Assembly (NCBI GenBank): GCA_050246315.1 | Contig: JBFWWG010000006.1 | Location: forward strand, 96,001-160,000 | Reading direction: 5' to 3' | DNA from: Nitrospiraceae bacterium | GTDB lineage: Bacteria > Nitrospirota > Nitrospiria > Nitrospirales > Nitrospiraceae | Length of the DNA stretch: 64,000 nt | Shown: piece after piece, positions 10,959 through 19,669 of the stretch | Numbering within the stretch: position 1 is the first letter of the stretch | Layout: the number at the start of each line of letters is the position of its first letter | Program-made: the position numbers and the translations under genes | Notes under the pieces: generated by a model | Told to the model about the DNA's origin: nothing | Seen by the model: the letters and a program-made list of their open reading frames with translations, nothing else | Database searches by the model: none

Positions 10959-13628
10959 ATGGGCGATTCTCCGCTCATACTCCCACTTGCCGCTTCGCTG
11001 GACGTTCCGCTGGTAGGAGGTAAGGCGGCTGCCCTCGGGCGACTAATCCGACACGGTTTCCGGGTACCTCTTGGCATCTGTCTCACAACCGCCGCCTACG
11101 ATGCGCTCTGCGACAAGGCCGGACTCGACGCCGAAGCCAGATGGCAGGAAGCACTTCGTGCAATGGAGGAGGACCGGTCGAGGGTCCTAACTGAATGCCG
11201 TGAGATCATCCTGCGCCACGATCTCCCGGAGGAAGCATCGTCCCAGCTCAACGGCGAACTCCGCCGAGAGGCTTGGGGTGGGACAGATTGGTGGGCAGTC
11301 CGCTCATCCGGCACCACCGAAGATCAGGCCTTCCAGAGCATGGCGGGGCTGTACGACACGGCGCTCGGGGTCTCATCCATGAATCTGCGTCAGGCCATCC
11401 TCCAACAATGGGCCAGTCTTTGGAGCGAGCGGGCGGTGGACTACCTCTTGCGGGCAGGCGGTTTCGCACGCGCTCCCAAGATGGCGGTGCTGCTCCAACC
11501 CATGATCTCGGCAAGGGCAGCGGGCGTTCTCTTTTCTCGCTCTCCCCTCAAGCCACAACACAATATCGTCCTGATCAATGGAGTCCCCGGACTCGGCTCC
11601 TCTCTCGTCGCCGGGACAATCGCACCGGATGAGTATGTCGTGGCGGAGGAAGGCGACCGATGGTTTGTTGCAGAACGACGTCTTCAAGCGAAGAGGCAGG
11701 CCTTACGGATGGGAGAACGGGGGTTGATTCAGGAGACGATCGAGGATGCGGCCGCCACCACCTCGACGCTCACGGACCAGGAATTGCTGGAATTAGCCGC
11801 AACAGGGAGAGCGGTGGAAACGGCCATGGGGCATGCGGTGGATATCGAATGGGCCTTCGACGATAGCGGCCTCTGGCTGCTCCAGGCCAGACCGATCACC
11901 GCAAGGGTCCGCGAATCCAATCCCACAGGCCGGTTCGTAGAGAGCGACGGAGGGCTGGCTCGGCCGCTATTGAGTGACGCAAAGAGCATCTGGTCGCGCG
12001 CCAACTTCAAGGAAACGCTTCCGGACGTTCCGAGTCTGCTGAGCACCTCCTTTCTCCAAGAATACATGGAGGACAACATCCTGATCCATTATCGTTCGCT
12101 GGGATGCATCATCCCACCGGACCTGACGCCGGTTCGCGTCATCCAAGGCCGCCCGTTCATCAATGTCACCCTCTTTCAATCCTTGATCGCTCAACTCGGA
12201 GGAGATCCGAGAGACGTGACCGAACAAATGGGGGGACAAGCGACGGTGTCACCTCAGTTGCCGGAACGGCTCCCTCTCGGGAAGATGATCCGGGCCGGTT
12301 TCCTCGTCGAGTGGAGAATCCGCCGGGCTATCCGCACAGCCCCTTCCTGGTTTGCCAAGATCAAACAGCTTGCCGCCACGACGGCGAGAGAAGCCCGGGA
12401 GTATTCCAAGCTTCCAATGGAAGCGCTATTGCAACGATTGCAGTCGCTCGGGAATCTCTTGAAGCAGCGCGACCTGACCTTCGCGATCGTCGCGGGCGTC
12501 GGACAGGGGCTCCAAATCTTGGGCACGTTGCTGCCCGGCGCAATCGGCTCGGACTGGCGCCCGCTGTTGAACCGAGCCTTGCAGGGTCAGGGCACCATCA
12601 TCAGCGCCGACCAGATCGAACGGATTCAGCAACTCGCAAGGGTCGCGGCGCAAGAACCAGCCGTCCGCGACTTCCTCCGGCATGAACGGACCGATTGGGG
12701 CGAGGTCCGGAGCAGGTTGCCCGGCACCGCCTTCCTCCGGGGATTCGAAACCTTTCTCGATGAGTATGGTCACCGGGGCATCGGTGAGAGCGATTTTGCG
12801 GCCCCGCGTCATGCGGACCGCCCGGACTATCTCCTAACCGTTATCCGGAACCATCTCCAACTCTCGGCACACCAGGAGCCTCAAGCTCTACCGGCTCGTC
12901 ACGCGCGGGGACGCCGTGAGGCCGTACGAGAGATTCGCCGGAGATTGGGACGGCGGTTGGTTCACCGACTCCTGTTCCAGTGGGCCTATCGACGCCTCAC
13001 CCGTTGCCTCTCGCTGAGAGAAGGCAATCGTCATCACGTCATGCACTTTTCAACCATGGTACGGGAACTCATGCTGGCCATCGGCGATCGGCTCGTCACG
13101 GCTGAAAAGCTTGAACGGCGGGAGGATGTGTTTTTCCTCACCGCCCAGGAGATCAGGACATTGGACGCCGATGCATCACAAGATTGGCGGCCGGTAGTGA
13201 ACCGGCGACGTGAGGAGCGACAGACCCATCTGCAGGCCACGGTTCCGGATCTGATCGAACCGGACAGCGCCATGCACGGCCAGGGACTGCCGAGCAGGGA
13301 CTCGGCTGAGATTCTGCGGGGCATTCCCATCTCCACTGGTCGGGTACGGGGTCCCGCGCGGCTCATTCGATCATCCGATGATCTGCGGACCGTCCAGCGA
13401 GGCGATATCCTGGTCGTGCCGGTCATCGATCCCGGGCTTGCCCCGCTGTTCGCCCTGGCCGGTGGCTTGATTGCCGAGATGGGCGGCACCCTGTCTCACG
13501 GAGCCATTATCGCCCGTGAGTACGGCCTCCCCACCATTGCCAACGCTCGCGACGCCATGCAGATCATTCAAACCGGGGACCTCCTGGACCTTGATGTCGA
13601 GCATGGCGAGGTGCGACGGGTTCGATAG
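10959..13628 (+). CDS. PEP-utilising dikinase-like enzyme (rifamycin phosphotransferase-type architecture)
   Basis: N-terminal GGKA, AVRSS, DIEW, LQARPIT; central YGHRG; C-terminal GGTLSHGAIIAREYG phospho-His swivel. Confidence 0.85.
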   Translation: MGDSPLILPLAASLDVPLVGGKAAALGRLIRHGFRVPLGICLTTAAYDALCDKAGLDAEARWQEALRAMEEDRSRVLTECREIILRHDLPEEASSQLNGELRREAWGGTDWWAVRSSGTTEDQAFQSMAGLYDTALGVSSMNLRQAILQQWASLWSERAVDYLLRAGGFARAPKMAVLLQPMISARAAGVLFSRSPLKPQHNIVLINGVPGLGSSLVAGTIAPDEYVVAEEGDRWFVAERRLQAKRQALRMGERGLIQETIEDAAATTSTLTDQELLELAATGRAVETAMGHAVDIEWAFDDSGLWLLQARPITARVRESNPTGRFVESDGGLARPLLSDAKSIWSRANFKETLPDVPSLLSTSFLQEYMEDNILIHYRSLGCIIPPDLTPVRVIQGRPFINVTLFQSLIAQLGGDPRDVTEQMGGQATVSPQLPERLPLGKMIRAGFLVEWRIRRAIRTAPSWFAKIKQLAATTAREAREYSKLPMEALLQRLQSLGNLLKQRDLTFAIVAGVGQGLQILGTLLPGAIGSDWRPLLNRALQGQGTIISADQIERIQQLARVAAQEPAVRDFLRHERTDWGEVRSRLPGTAFLRGFETFLDEYGHRGIGESDFAAPRHADRPDYLLTVIRNHLQLSAHQEPQALPARHARGRREAVREIRRRLGRRLVHRLLFQWAYRRLTRCLSLREGNRHHVMHFSTMVRELMLAIGDRLVTAEKLERREDVFFLTAQEIRTLDADASQDWRPVVNRRREERQTHLQATVPDLIEPDSAMHGQGLPSRDSAEILRGIPISTGRVRGPARLIRSSDDLRTVQRGDILVVPVIDPGLAPLFALAGGLIAEMGGTLSHGAIIAREYGLPTIANARDAMQIIQTGDLLDLDVEHGEVRRVR

Positions 13629-13656
13629 ACCGCCGACTGTTGAAATCGAGCCTGCC

Positions 13657-14892
13657 TCACCCAATGCGCACCCGCCTCGTGATTTGGCCATTGCTCTCCC
13701 AATAGGTTCGCTTGTGAGCGATCACGGGATCACTCATCGCCGGTTGAACATGCCCCTCTCGGTCGATGGCGCGTGAGGTGATCCGATGCTCCCCGGACGG
13801 CGCCGTCCAATCCAGATGCCAAAACTTCCAGGCATAGTCATGATCCTGACCGCGATCGATCGTGGCCATGAGCCAGGGTCCGTCGTCGATCTGCACCTCG
13901 ACCCGCTGGATCGGCGCTCCCCAGGCCGCGCCTTCGATCCGATACTTGCCGTTCTGGGCGAGCACCCGGGCCGGAGCCGATTTGATCAGAGACCGCCCGA
14001 CGGTCTTCTGACTCCAGACCGTCTCGCCATTCGACCTGCGCTCCTCGCGAATCGTCACATAGTCCTTGCTCATGAACCGCCCGGCCCATCGTTGATCGAT
14101 GACCTCGATGCGAGTCAGCCATTTCACGTTGGCCACACCGTACCAACCTGGGACGATCAATCTCACGGGGTAGCCGTTCAAATGAGGCAACGGCTCTCCA
14201 TTCATCTCGTAACAGAGGAGCACGGAGGGTTCCAACGCCTCCGGTACGGAGAGACTGCGGCTGAAGCTTTGCTTCATCTTGATCTCGCGGACCTCATCCT
14301 CTCCCTCGTCGGCCCCGAAGAAGGCCACATCCACCGCGCGGCCCTTGATCCCGACCTGCTTGAGGATCGGAGACAAAGGCGTGCCCGCCCACTTCGCCGT
14401 CCCGATGCCTCCGGTGAACCATTCGAACCCGTGATTGCCGGCGCATTCCAGAGTAAAGACAACCTCCTGCCGCGGCAACGCCTTTAGCTGATCGAGCGTG
14501 AACGTCACAGGGCGATCGACCAGGCCGCCAATCGTCAGCCGCCAGTCTTCGGCCCGAATCTGAGGCCGGCTATAGTGCGCGACCGTAAAGAAGTCCTTGG
14601 CAGGCGTGATCCAGGACGTCGATCGTTGCCAGTCATGCTTGTTCAGTTCGCCATAGGCCTTGATGGCCTGTTCCGGAGCATCAGGAGGCTGGTCAAGAAA
14701 CGGGACGAGCTGCGGCCCTTCCTCCGCCCGGGCATGCTGGAACGACAGCGGAGAGTTCATCAGGGCCAACAAGGCCAAGGCCGAGCTTCCCTGGGCGAGG
14801 AATTCGCGTCTTGAAAAGGAACGAGGTTGACCGCTTGTCACCGTTTCCCAATCTTCGTCTTGCTTCATTGTCCGAGCGTCTTGATTGGCCAT
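13657..14892 (-). CDS. Tat-exported molybdopterin sulfite-oxidase-family enzyme
   Basis: SRREFL Tat motif; LECAGN, MNGEPLP..NGYPVRL.VPGWYG.ANVKWL; AAGGAGG RBS. Confidence 0.9.
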   Translation of the reverse strand: MANQDARTMKQDEDWETVTSGQPRSFSRREFLAQGSSALALLALMNSPLSFQHARAEEGPQLVPFLDQPPDAPEQAIKAYGELNKHDWQRSTSWITPAKDFFTVAHYSRPQIRAEDWRLTIGGLVDRPVTFTLDQLKALPRQEVVFTLECAGNHGFEWFTGGIGTAKWAGTPLSPILKQVGIKGRAVDVAFFGADEGEDEVREIKMKQSFSRSLSVPEALEPSVLLCYEMNGEPLPHLNGYPVRLIVPGWYGVANVKWLTRIEVIDQRWAGRFMSKDYVTIREERRSNGETVWSQKTVGRSLIKSAPARVLAQNGKYRIEGAAWGAPIQRVEVQIDDGPWLMATIDRGQDHDYAWKFWHLDWTAPSGEHRITSRAIDREGHVQPAMSDPVIAHKRTYWESNGQITRRVRIG

Positions 14893-14951
14893 CTGTGATC
14901 CCTCCTTTAATCCATGGTCAGTCGAACAAGCATGGCGGTGGACCCTACGTT

Positions 14952-15113
14952 CTATGACCGAATCAGCGAATCCATAAGATAGAGCAGCGCCGGCGCGAGG
15001 AGCCAGAGCAGTCCCTTCACGAGAAAGAAGGTAAAGCCTGCAAGGCCGGCTCGTTTCATCCACTGACTTCCCTGTCCGGTCTGTGCATGGGTAAGGCCCA
15101 GTGAGTTCCACAT
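14952..15113 (-). CDS. Small membrane protein (53 aa)
   Basis: AAAGGAGG RBS; single TM segment GFTFFLVKGLLWLLAP. Confidence 0.65.
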   Translation of the reverse strand: MWNSLGLTHAQTGQGSQWMKRAGLAGFTFFLVKGLLWLLAPALLYLMDSLIRS

Positions 15114-15175
15114 GACCCTGCCTCCTTTGCCGTGGCGCAAGGGGAGCACTGCGCGCCGTGCCCCTTTCCATCTCG

Positions 15176-15946
15176 TTACACAACCGACGCCGAGCGAGGC
15201 TGCATCTCCGCCGTGACGGAACGGCTGAAGTTCGGCACGAGCATCGGCACCCGTTTACGATACTCGGCATAGGCTTGGCCGTGTGCACCCACCAAGTCGC
15301 GTTCCTCGAATCGAATGGCAATTAGAATATAGGCCGTGGTCGCCAGCGCAAAGACCAGGTGAGCCGCCGTCATGGTCGGCGTCGCCCAGAAGGTGAACAG
15401 CCATCCGACGTAGAGCGGGTGCCGCACGTACCGGTAGAGTCCGGGCGTCTTGAAGGTCAGCGGCGTATAGTCCTCCTCTCGGAGATACATCCATACCTGC
15501 CGCAGGCCGAACAGGTCAAAATGGTTGATCAAGAAGGTTGCCACCAAGACCAGAAGCCAACCGCCGGCAAAGAGGCCATAGAGGACCGCTCGACCGACCG
15601 GATGCTGCACATCCCACAGTACCCCGCCCATCGGCTGCCAGGCATGAAACAGCAGGAGCAATGCCGCGCTTGAAAACAATACATAGGTGCTCCGTTCGAT
15701 CGGCTTCGGCACGAATTTGATCCACCAACGTTTGAAACCCGGTCTGGCCATGACGCTGTGTTGGATTGCAAAGATACCCAGTACCAACAGGTTGATCAGC
15801 AAAGCCTGGCCGAGAGGTCGTTGCGGCTCTCCGTCGATTGTCTGCGCCACGGCGATGTTTCCAATGAACGCGATCGCATAGAGAAGTGTGGCCAGAAACA
15901 TGACATACGAGAAGATTCCATAGCTGAAGGCGAGTATCCGGTTCAT
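15176..15946 (-). CDS. mddA: Methanethiol S-methyltransferase (MddA-like, ICMT/PEMT family)
   Basis: QHSVMARP.FK.WW, IERSTYVL, INHFDLFGLRQV, YVRHPLY.GW, FWATPTMT, FEERDL. Confidence 0.85.
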   Translation of the reverse strand: MNRILAFSYGIFSYVMFLATLLYAIAFIGNIAVAQTIDGEPQRPLGQALLINLLVLGIFAIQHSVMARPGFKRWWIKFVPKPIERSTYVLFSSAALLLLFHAWQPMGGVLWDVQHPVGRAVLYGLFAGGWLLVLVATFLINHFDLFGLRQVWMYLREEDYTPLTFKTPGLYRYVRHPLYVGWLFTFWATPTMTAAHLVFALATTAYILIAIRFEERDLVGAHGQAYAEYRKRVPMLVPNFSRSVTAEMQPRSASVV

Positions 15947-16003
15947 GGCACGGTCTCCTTTCTATTTGACTTCGTGTGGGTGAATGCCGCCGAGATCGGT
16001 AGT

Positions 16004-16579
16004 TCATCCCGCCGTTGACCGTTGCACCTCAATCGAGACCGACACGGGAACGGGATTCGACACGATATCGAAGACCGGTGAATAGGTCGTCAATTGCTGC
16101 AACTCGTCGACCGGTGCATCGGATGCAACCTGAAAGTGCACTCGAATGTTCTTATAGCCGGGCCGGACCTTGTCTGAGATCCCCAGAAACCCTCTCAGGT
16201 CAAGGTCGCCCTCCAGGCGCGATTCTACCGAATCAATCCTGATGCCGCAGGCCGCGGCGTGGTAGACCATCGACGTGGTTAAACAGGCGGCCAGGGCATG
16301 CAGGACCAATTCCACCGGATTCGCCCCTTGATCCTTCCCGAGCAACACCGGGGGTTCGTCCGCATCGAGAACAAACGCCGTGGCACGCGTCCTGTCCTCC
16401 TCACCTGCTCCATAGAAACCTTGAATCGTCGAGCGATTGTGGCCGCCCTCGATCCATCGGTTAGCCGCGCGGAATTGAAAGGTGGCCAGGCTCGGCTGTT
16501 GCCGCACCGCCTCGACCGTCTGGCCCAGCCGGGCCACATCCACTCCGTTCACTGTTTGACTGACAATGCGTTGTGACAT
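16004..16579 (-). CDS. OsmC-family protein with SPV in place of the CPV second Cys
   Basis: ADEPPVLLG.D.GANPVE...ALAAC, EGDLDLRGFLG, YSPV; AAAGGAG RBS. Confidence 0.88.
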   Translation of the reverse strand: MSQRIVSQTVNGVDVARLGQTVEAVRQQPSLATFQFRAANRWIEGGHNRSTIQGFYGAGEEDRTRATAFVLDADEPPVLLGKDQGANPVELVLHALAACLTTSMVYHAAACGIRIDSVESRLEGDLDLRGFLGISDKVRPGYKNIRVHFQVASDAPVDELQQLTTYSPVFDIVSNPVPVSVSIEVQRSTAG

Positions 16580-16665
16580 GATAGATTCTCCTTTGTGCGT
16601 CTGCTGGTTGATCATCATCCGGCGGAACAACCATTGGTCCGCCGATCGACAGAGTGCTTCCCAAT

Positions 16666-17097
16666 TCATGCGAGCAGACTGCGCAATGCCGGATCTCCTG
16701 CGCCGGCACAGGGCGAGAGTCCTGTCGGAAACGAGAAGAAGGTCCGGCGTACCAGGTCCAGTGACCAGGGTTCGGACCGGTTCCACGGAGCCAGCGACAT
16801 CGTCCTGGCCAAGAAGCAATAGCTGAACAACACCCGCGCGCTGGTGCCGATGAACTGGAGGACGTGAATCCAGATGAGCGGAGACCAGAGCCCGGCGATC
16901 AACAGGATGAGATACGCCAGTCGCACCTGCACCAAGAAGCTGATGGAGCTGCCGGTACGCACCGTGAAGTGGACGATCTGGACGATACAGAGGGCAATGG
17001 CCATCCAGATAGCCGGGGTCCAGCCTGACAACCAAGCGGCAAGCAGGAACACCGTCGCCAGCCAGTATCGCCATCCAAGGTCTCGAACCGGTTCCAT
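16666..17097 (-). CDS. Membrane protein (DUF4395-like) with conserved-looking YCFLAR
   Basis: Several hydrophobic segments; AAGGAGG RBS; first gene after the sigma54 promoter. Confidence 0.75.
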   Translation of the reverse strand: MEPVRDLGWRYWLATVFLLAAWLSGWTPAIWMAIALCIVQIVHFTVRTGSSISFLVQVRLAYLILLIAGLWSPLIWIHVLQFIGTSARVLFSYCFLARTMSLAPWNRSEPWSLDLVRRTFFSFPTGLSPCAGAGDPALRSLLA

Positions 17098-17143
17098 GGC
17101 TTCCTCCTTCCTGACGTAAGATTCGATCGACAGTACGGGTATG

Positions 17144-17159
17144 AGCACGATCGATGCCA
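17144..17159 (-). promoter_or_regulatory. sigma54 -24/-12 promoter
   Basis: Minus strand TGGCATCGATCGTGCT (GG-N10-GC), ~47 bp before ATG 17097. Confidence 0.75.
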
Positions 17160-17187
17160 TCAGGAGCTCTCAGCTATTGTCCTTCTT

Positions 17188-17200
17188 AAGCAAAGGGTTA
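17188..17200. promoter_or_regulatory. Putative IHF site
   Basis: AAGCAAAGGGTTA, one mismatch to WATCAANNNNTTR; between promoter and UAS. Confidence 0.5.
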
Positions 17201-17241
17201 TGAAATCCACGCTAAGGCACTTCGATACGTGGGAATTCGCA

Positions 17242-17282
17242 ATTCATGAAATCTCGCGAGGTGTTTGCGAGAATTCACGAAT
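17242..17282. promoter_or_regulatory. Putative enhancer (UAS) inverted repeat for the adjacent bEBP
   Basis: ATTCATGAAATCTCGCGAG-gtg-TTTGCGAGAATTCACGAAT, arms 15/19. Confidence 0.6.
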
Positions 17283-17368
17283 CCCTGTTGGTGAGACGAT
17301 GGAAGAGACAATCCGACGAATCGGGATAAACGGTATGGACTGTAAGCAGAAGGGTCCGGTGGACCAGC

Positions 17369-19321
17369 CTACGAAACGGAAGGACGTACGATACCCAGGG
17401 CTTTCATGCGGGAGGCCAAGGTCGATGGATTCACCCCGAGGAGCCTGGCGGCCCCCTTGTCGCCAGAGACTTTCCAATCGGCGGTTTCCAGCGCGCGAAG
17501 AATATTCCCCCGCTCGATCTCAACCAGCTCTTTCATGGTCCGTATGGGAAACCTGCTTTCATCCCCGCGGGCTGGCAATTCGTCAACAGGAGAGGGCGCG
17601 GCTAACGGTAGCGCGCGCTCCAGATTCAGCCGTCCGTCACAGGCCGTGATGACCGCTCGCTCGATGACGTTTTGGAGTTCCCTCACGTTGCCCGGCCAAC
17701 TATAGGCCTTTAATTGGCGCTTGGACTCGGGAGCCAACGGTGCGATCGTCTTCCCCATCCGCTGGGCTACGCGCTGCGCGAAGCACTGGGCGATGCTGAT
17801 CACATCGTCGCCCCGGTCACGGAGCGGCGGCAGTGAAATCGGGAACACGTTCAAGCGGTAGAACAAATCCTCTCGAAACTTGCCCTCACGCACGGCCCTT
17901 GCCAGATCGCGGTTCGTCGCAGCCAGCACCCGCACATCGCTCCGTTTCGTGTACGAGCTGCCGACCGGCTCGAACTCGCCCTCCTGAAGGACGCGCAGCA
18001 GCTTTCCCTGGAGATCGAACGGCAGCTCACCGATCTCGTCGAGAAAGATCGTTCCCTTGTCCGCCAGCGTAAACCGCCCTTCGCGCCGCTTGGTCGCACC
18101 GGTGAACGCCCCCGGCTCATGCCCGAAGAATTCGCTCTCGATCAGCGACGACGGGATCGCCGCGCAGTTCACCGTAACCAGCGGTCGCTCGCGCCGCCGA
18201 CTGGCCTCGTGAATCGCGCGCGCGATCAGTTCTTTTCCGGTCCCCGTCTCCCCCATGATCAGCACGGTCGCATCCGTTTCAGCCACCTGCGCCACATCCC
18301 GGAGCACATGCCGAAGCGAGGCGCTCTCCCCGATGATCGCGTCGTACTGTTGCAGCGCCTTCAATTCCTCGCGCAACAACTCGGTCTCGACCGTGAGCGA
18401 TCGGATCTTCCGCTCGGCTTCGAGGCGCTCGTTCACATCCCGCAGAATCAGCGTGTAGAAGGTCCGGCGCCGCAACTCGAACTGCGACAAGGTCGCTTCG
18501 GCCTGGAACTCCGCCCCGGCCGCACGCCTGGCCGTCAACCCACCCGCGATCCAGAGCGATCGCCGGCCTTCCGGCATGGCACGCATCTGGTCAATGAGCT
18601 TGGTGAGGGTCCTCGCACTCTCGACTGTCAGCAAGGCGGACACGTGCCGGCCGATCATATCCAGCCCCGTTTTCGAAAAGATGTCCTCGGCCGCCGGGTT
18701 CAACCGCGTCACCGTCAGGGCGTCGTCCAATTCGATGATCGCATCCAGCGCACTCCTCACCAGACTGGATAATTTCTCCTCCCGTTCTCGGACCTGGGCC
18801 TCCGAACGGAGACGCCGGAGTTCCGCCGCGGCGCGCGCCGAGAAGATGCGAAAAATGGCGTGGATGCGTGGTTCTTCCGGAAGAGGGCGCCGGTCAATGA
18901 CCGCCAAATGCCCGAGGATCGTCCCATCCGTGTCCTCCAGCGGCACGCCCATGTAGCTCACCGCGCCGATCGCAAGCACGTCCGGTTCGTTGGGATAGAG
19001 CTCCAACAGCCGATCGGGGAGATGCACCAATTGCTTGGTATCGATCACGCGCTCGCAGGGCGACCCCGCGATGTCCACTTCATAATTCTGCACCCATTGC
19101 CCGTCCATCCAGAAGGCCAGGGCGCGCAGGCGGCGTGTCTCCGCAAAGTATTCCGTCACCCAGGCACCGTGAGTATTCAGCGCCAGAGCCAGGTTCTGAA
19201 CCAACGCCTGGAAAAACTGCTCGCCGGTTTCGGTCGCGGTGCCTTCAAGAATCGCTCGTAAGGCTAGGTCTGCCTGGAGACCATGAAGCGGAGTATCCGC
19301 AGAAGGGCTGGACATATCCAC
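17369..19321 (-). CDS. sigma54-dependent activator, GAF-PAS-AAA+-HTH
   Basis: GETGTGKE, GAFTGA, FLDEIGE, WPGNVRELQN, C-terminal AARLLG HTH. Confidence 0.95.
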   Translation of the reverse strand: MDMSSPSADTPLHGLQADLALRAILEGTATETGEQFFQALVQNLALALNTHGAWVTEYFAETRRLRALAFWMDGQWVQNYEVDIAGSPCERVIDTKQLVHLPDRLLELYPNEPDVLAIGAVSYMGVPLEDTDGTILGHLAVIDRRPLPEEPRIHAIFRIFSARAAAELRRLRSEAQVREREEKLSSLVRSALDAIIELDDALTVTRLNPAAEDIFSKTGLDMIGRHVSALLTVESARTLTKLIDQMRAMPEGRRSLWIAGGLTARRAAGAEFQAEATLSQFELRRRTFYTLILRDVNERLEAERKIRSLTVETELLREELKALQQYDAIIGESASLRHVLRDVAQVAETDATVLIMGETGTGKELIARAIHEASRRRERPLVTVNCAAIPSSLIESEFFGHEPGAFTGATKRREGRFTLADKGTIFLDEIGELPFDLQGKLLRVLQEGEFEPVGSSYTKRSDVRVLAATNRDLARAVREGKFREDLFYRLNVFPISLPPLRDRGDDVISIAQCFAQRVAQRMGKTIAPLAPESKRQLKAYSWPGNVRELQNVIERAVITACDGRLNLERALPLAAPSPVDELPARGDESRFPIRTMKELVEIERGNILRALETADWKVSGDKGAARLLGVNPSTLASRMKALGIVRPSVS

Positions 19322-19669
19322 GATGCGCGTGAGCGGCTCGAATCGAGGTGAGTAGTATGGACAGATACATCACCTGATGCAAGAGCGTAGCCGAAGCATT
19401 TGGTCGCCGGAGAGCTGTGGGTCGTCCGTTCACATACGACAACCCCTGCCACGGACGGCCAGAACGAGCTATCCATATCCGCCAATCCTTCTGACGTCCT
19501 CATCGGACAAGGGCAGCCCTAGCTGAGTGAGTCGCACCGGAGATCCACGCTCTGCAGCCTCCGACCGGCTTCCAAAGCCGCATCTGCTTGACTCTCCTTC
19601 ACGATGGTGTAGAAGGAAAGGAGCGTTCCAGAGGTCGCGTCCTGCTCCCCTTCCGGCAATAGGAACGAG

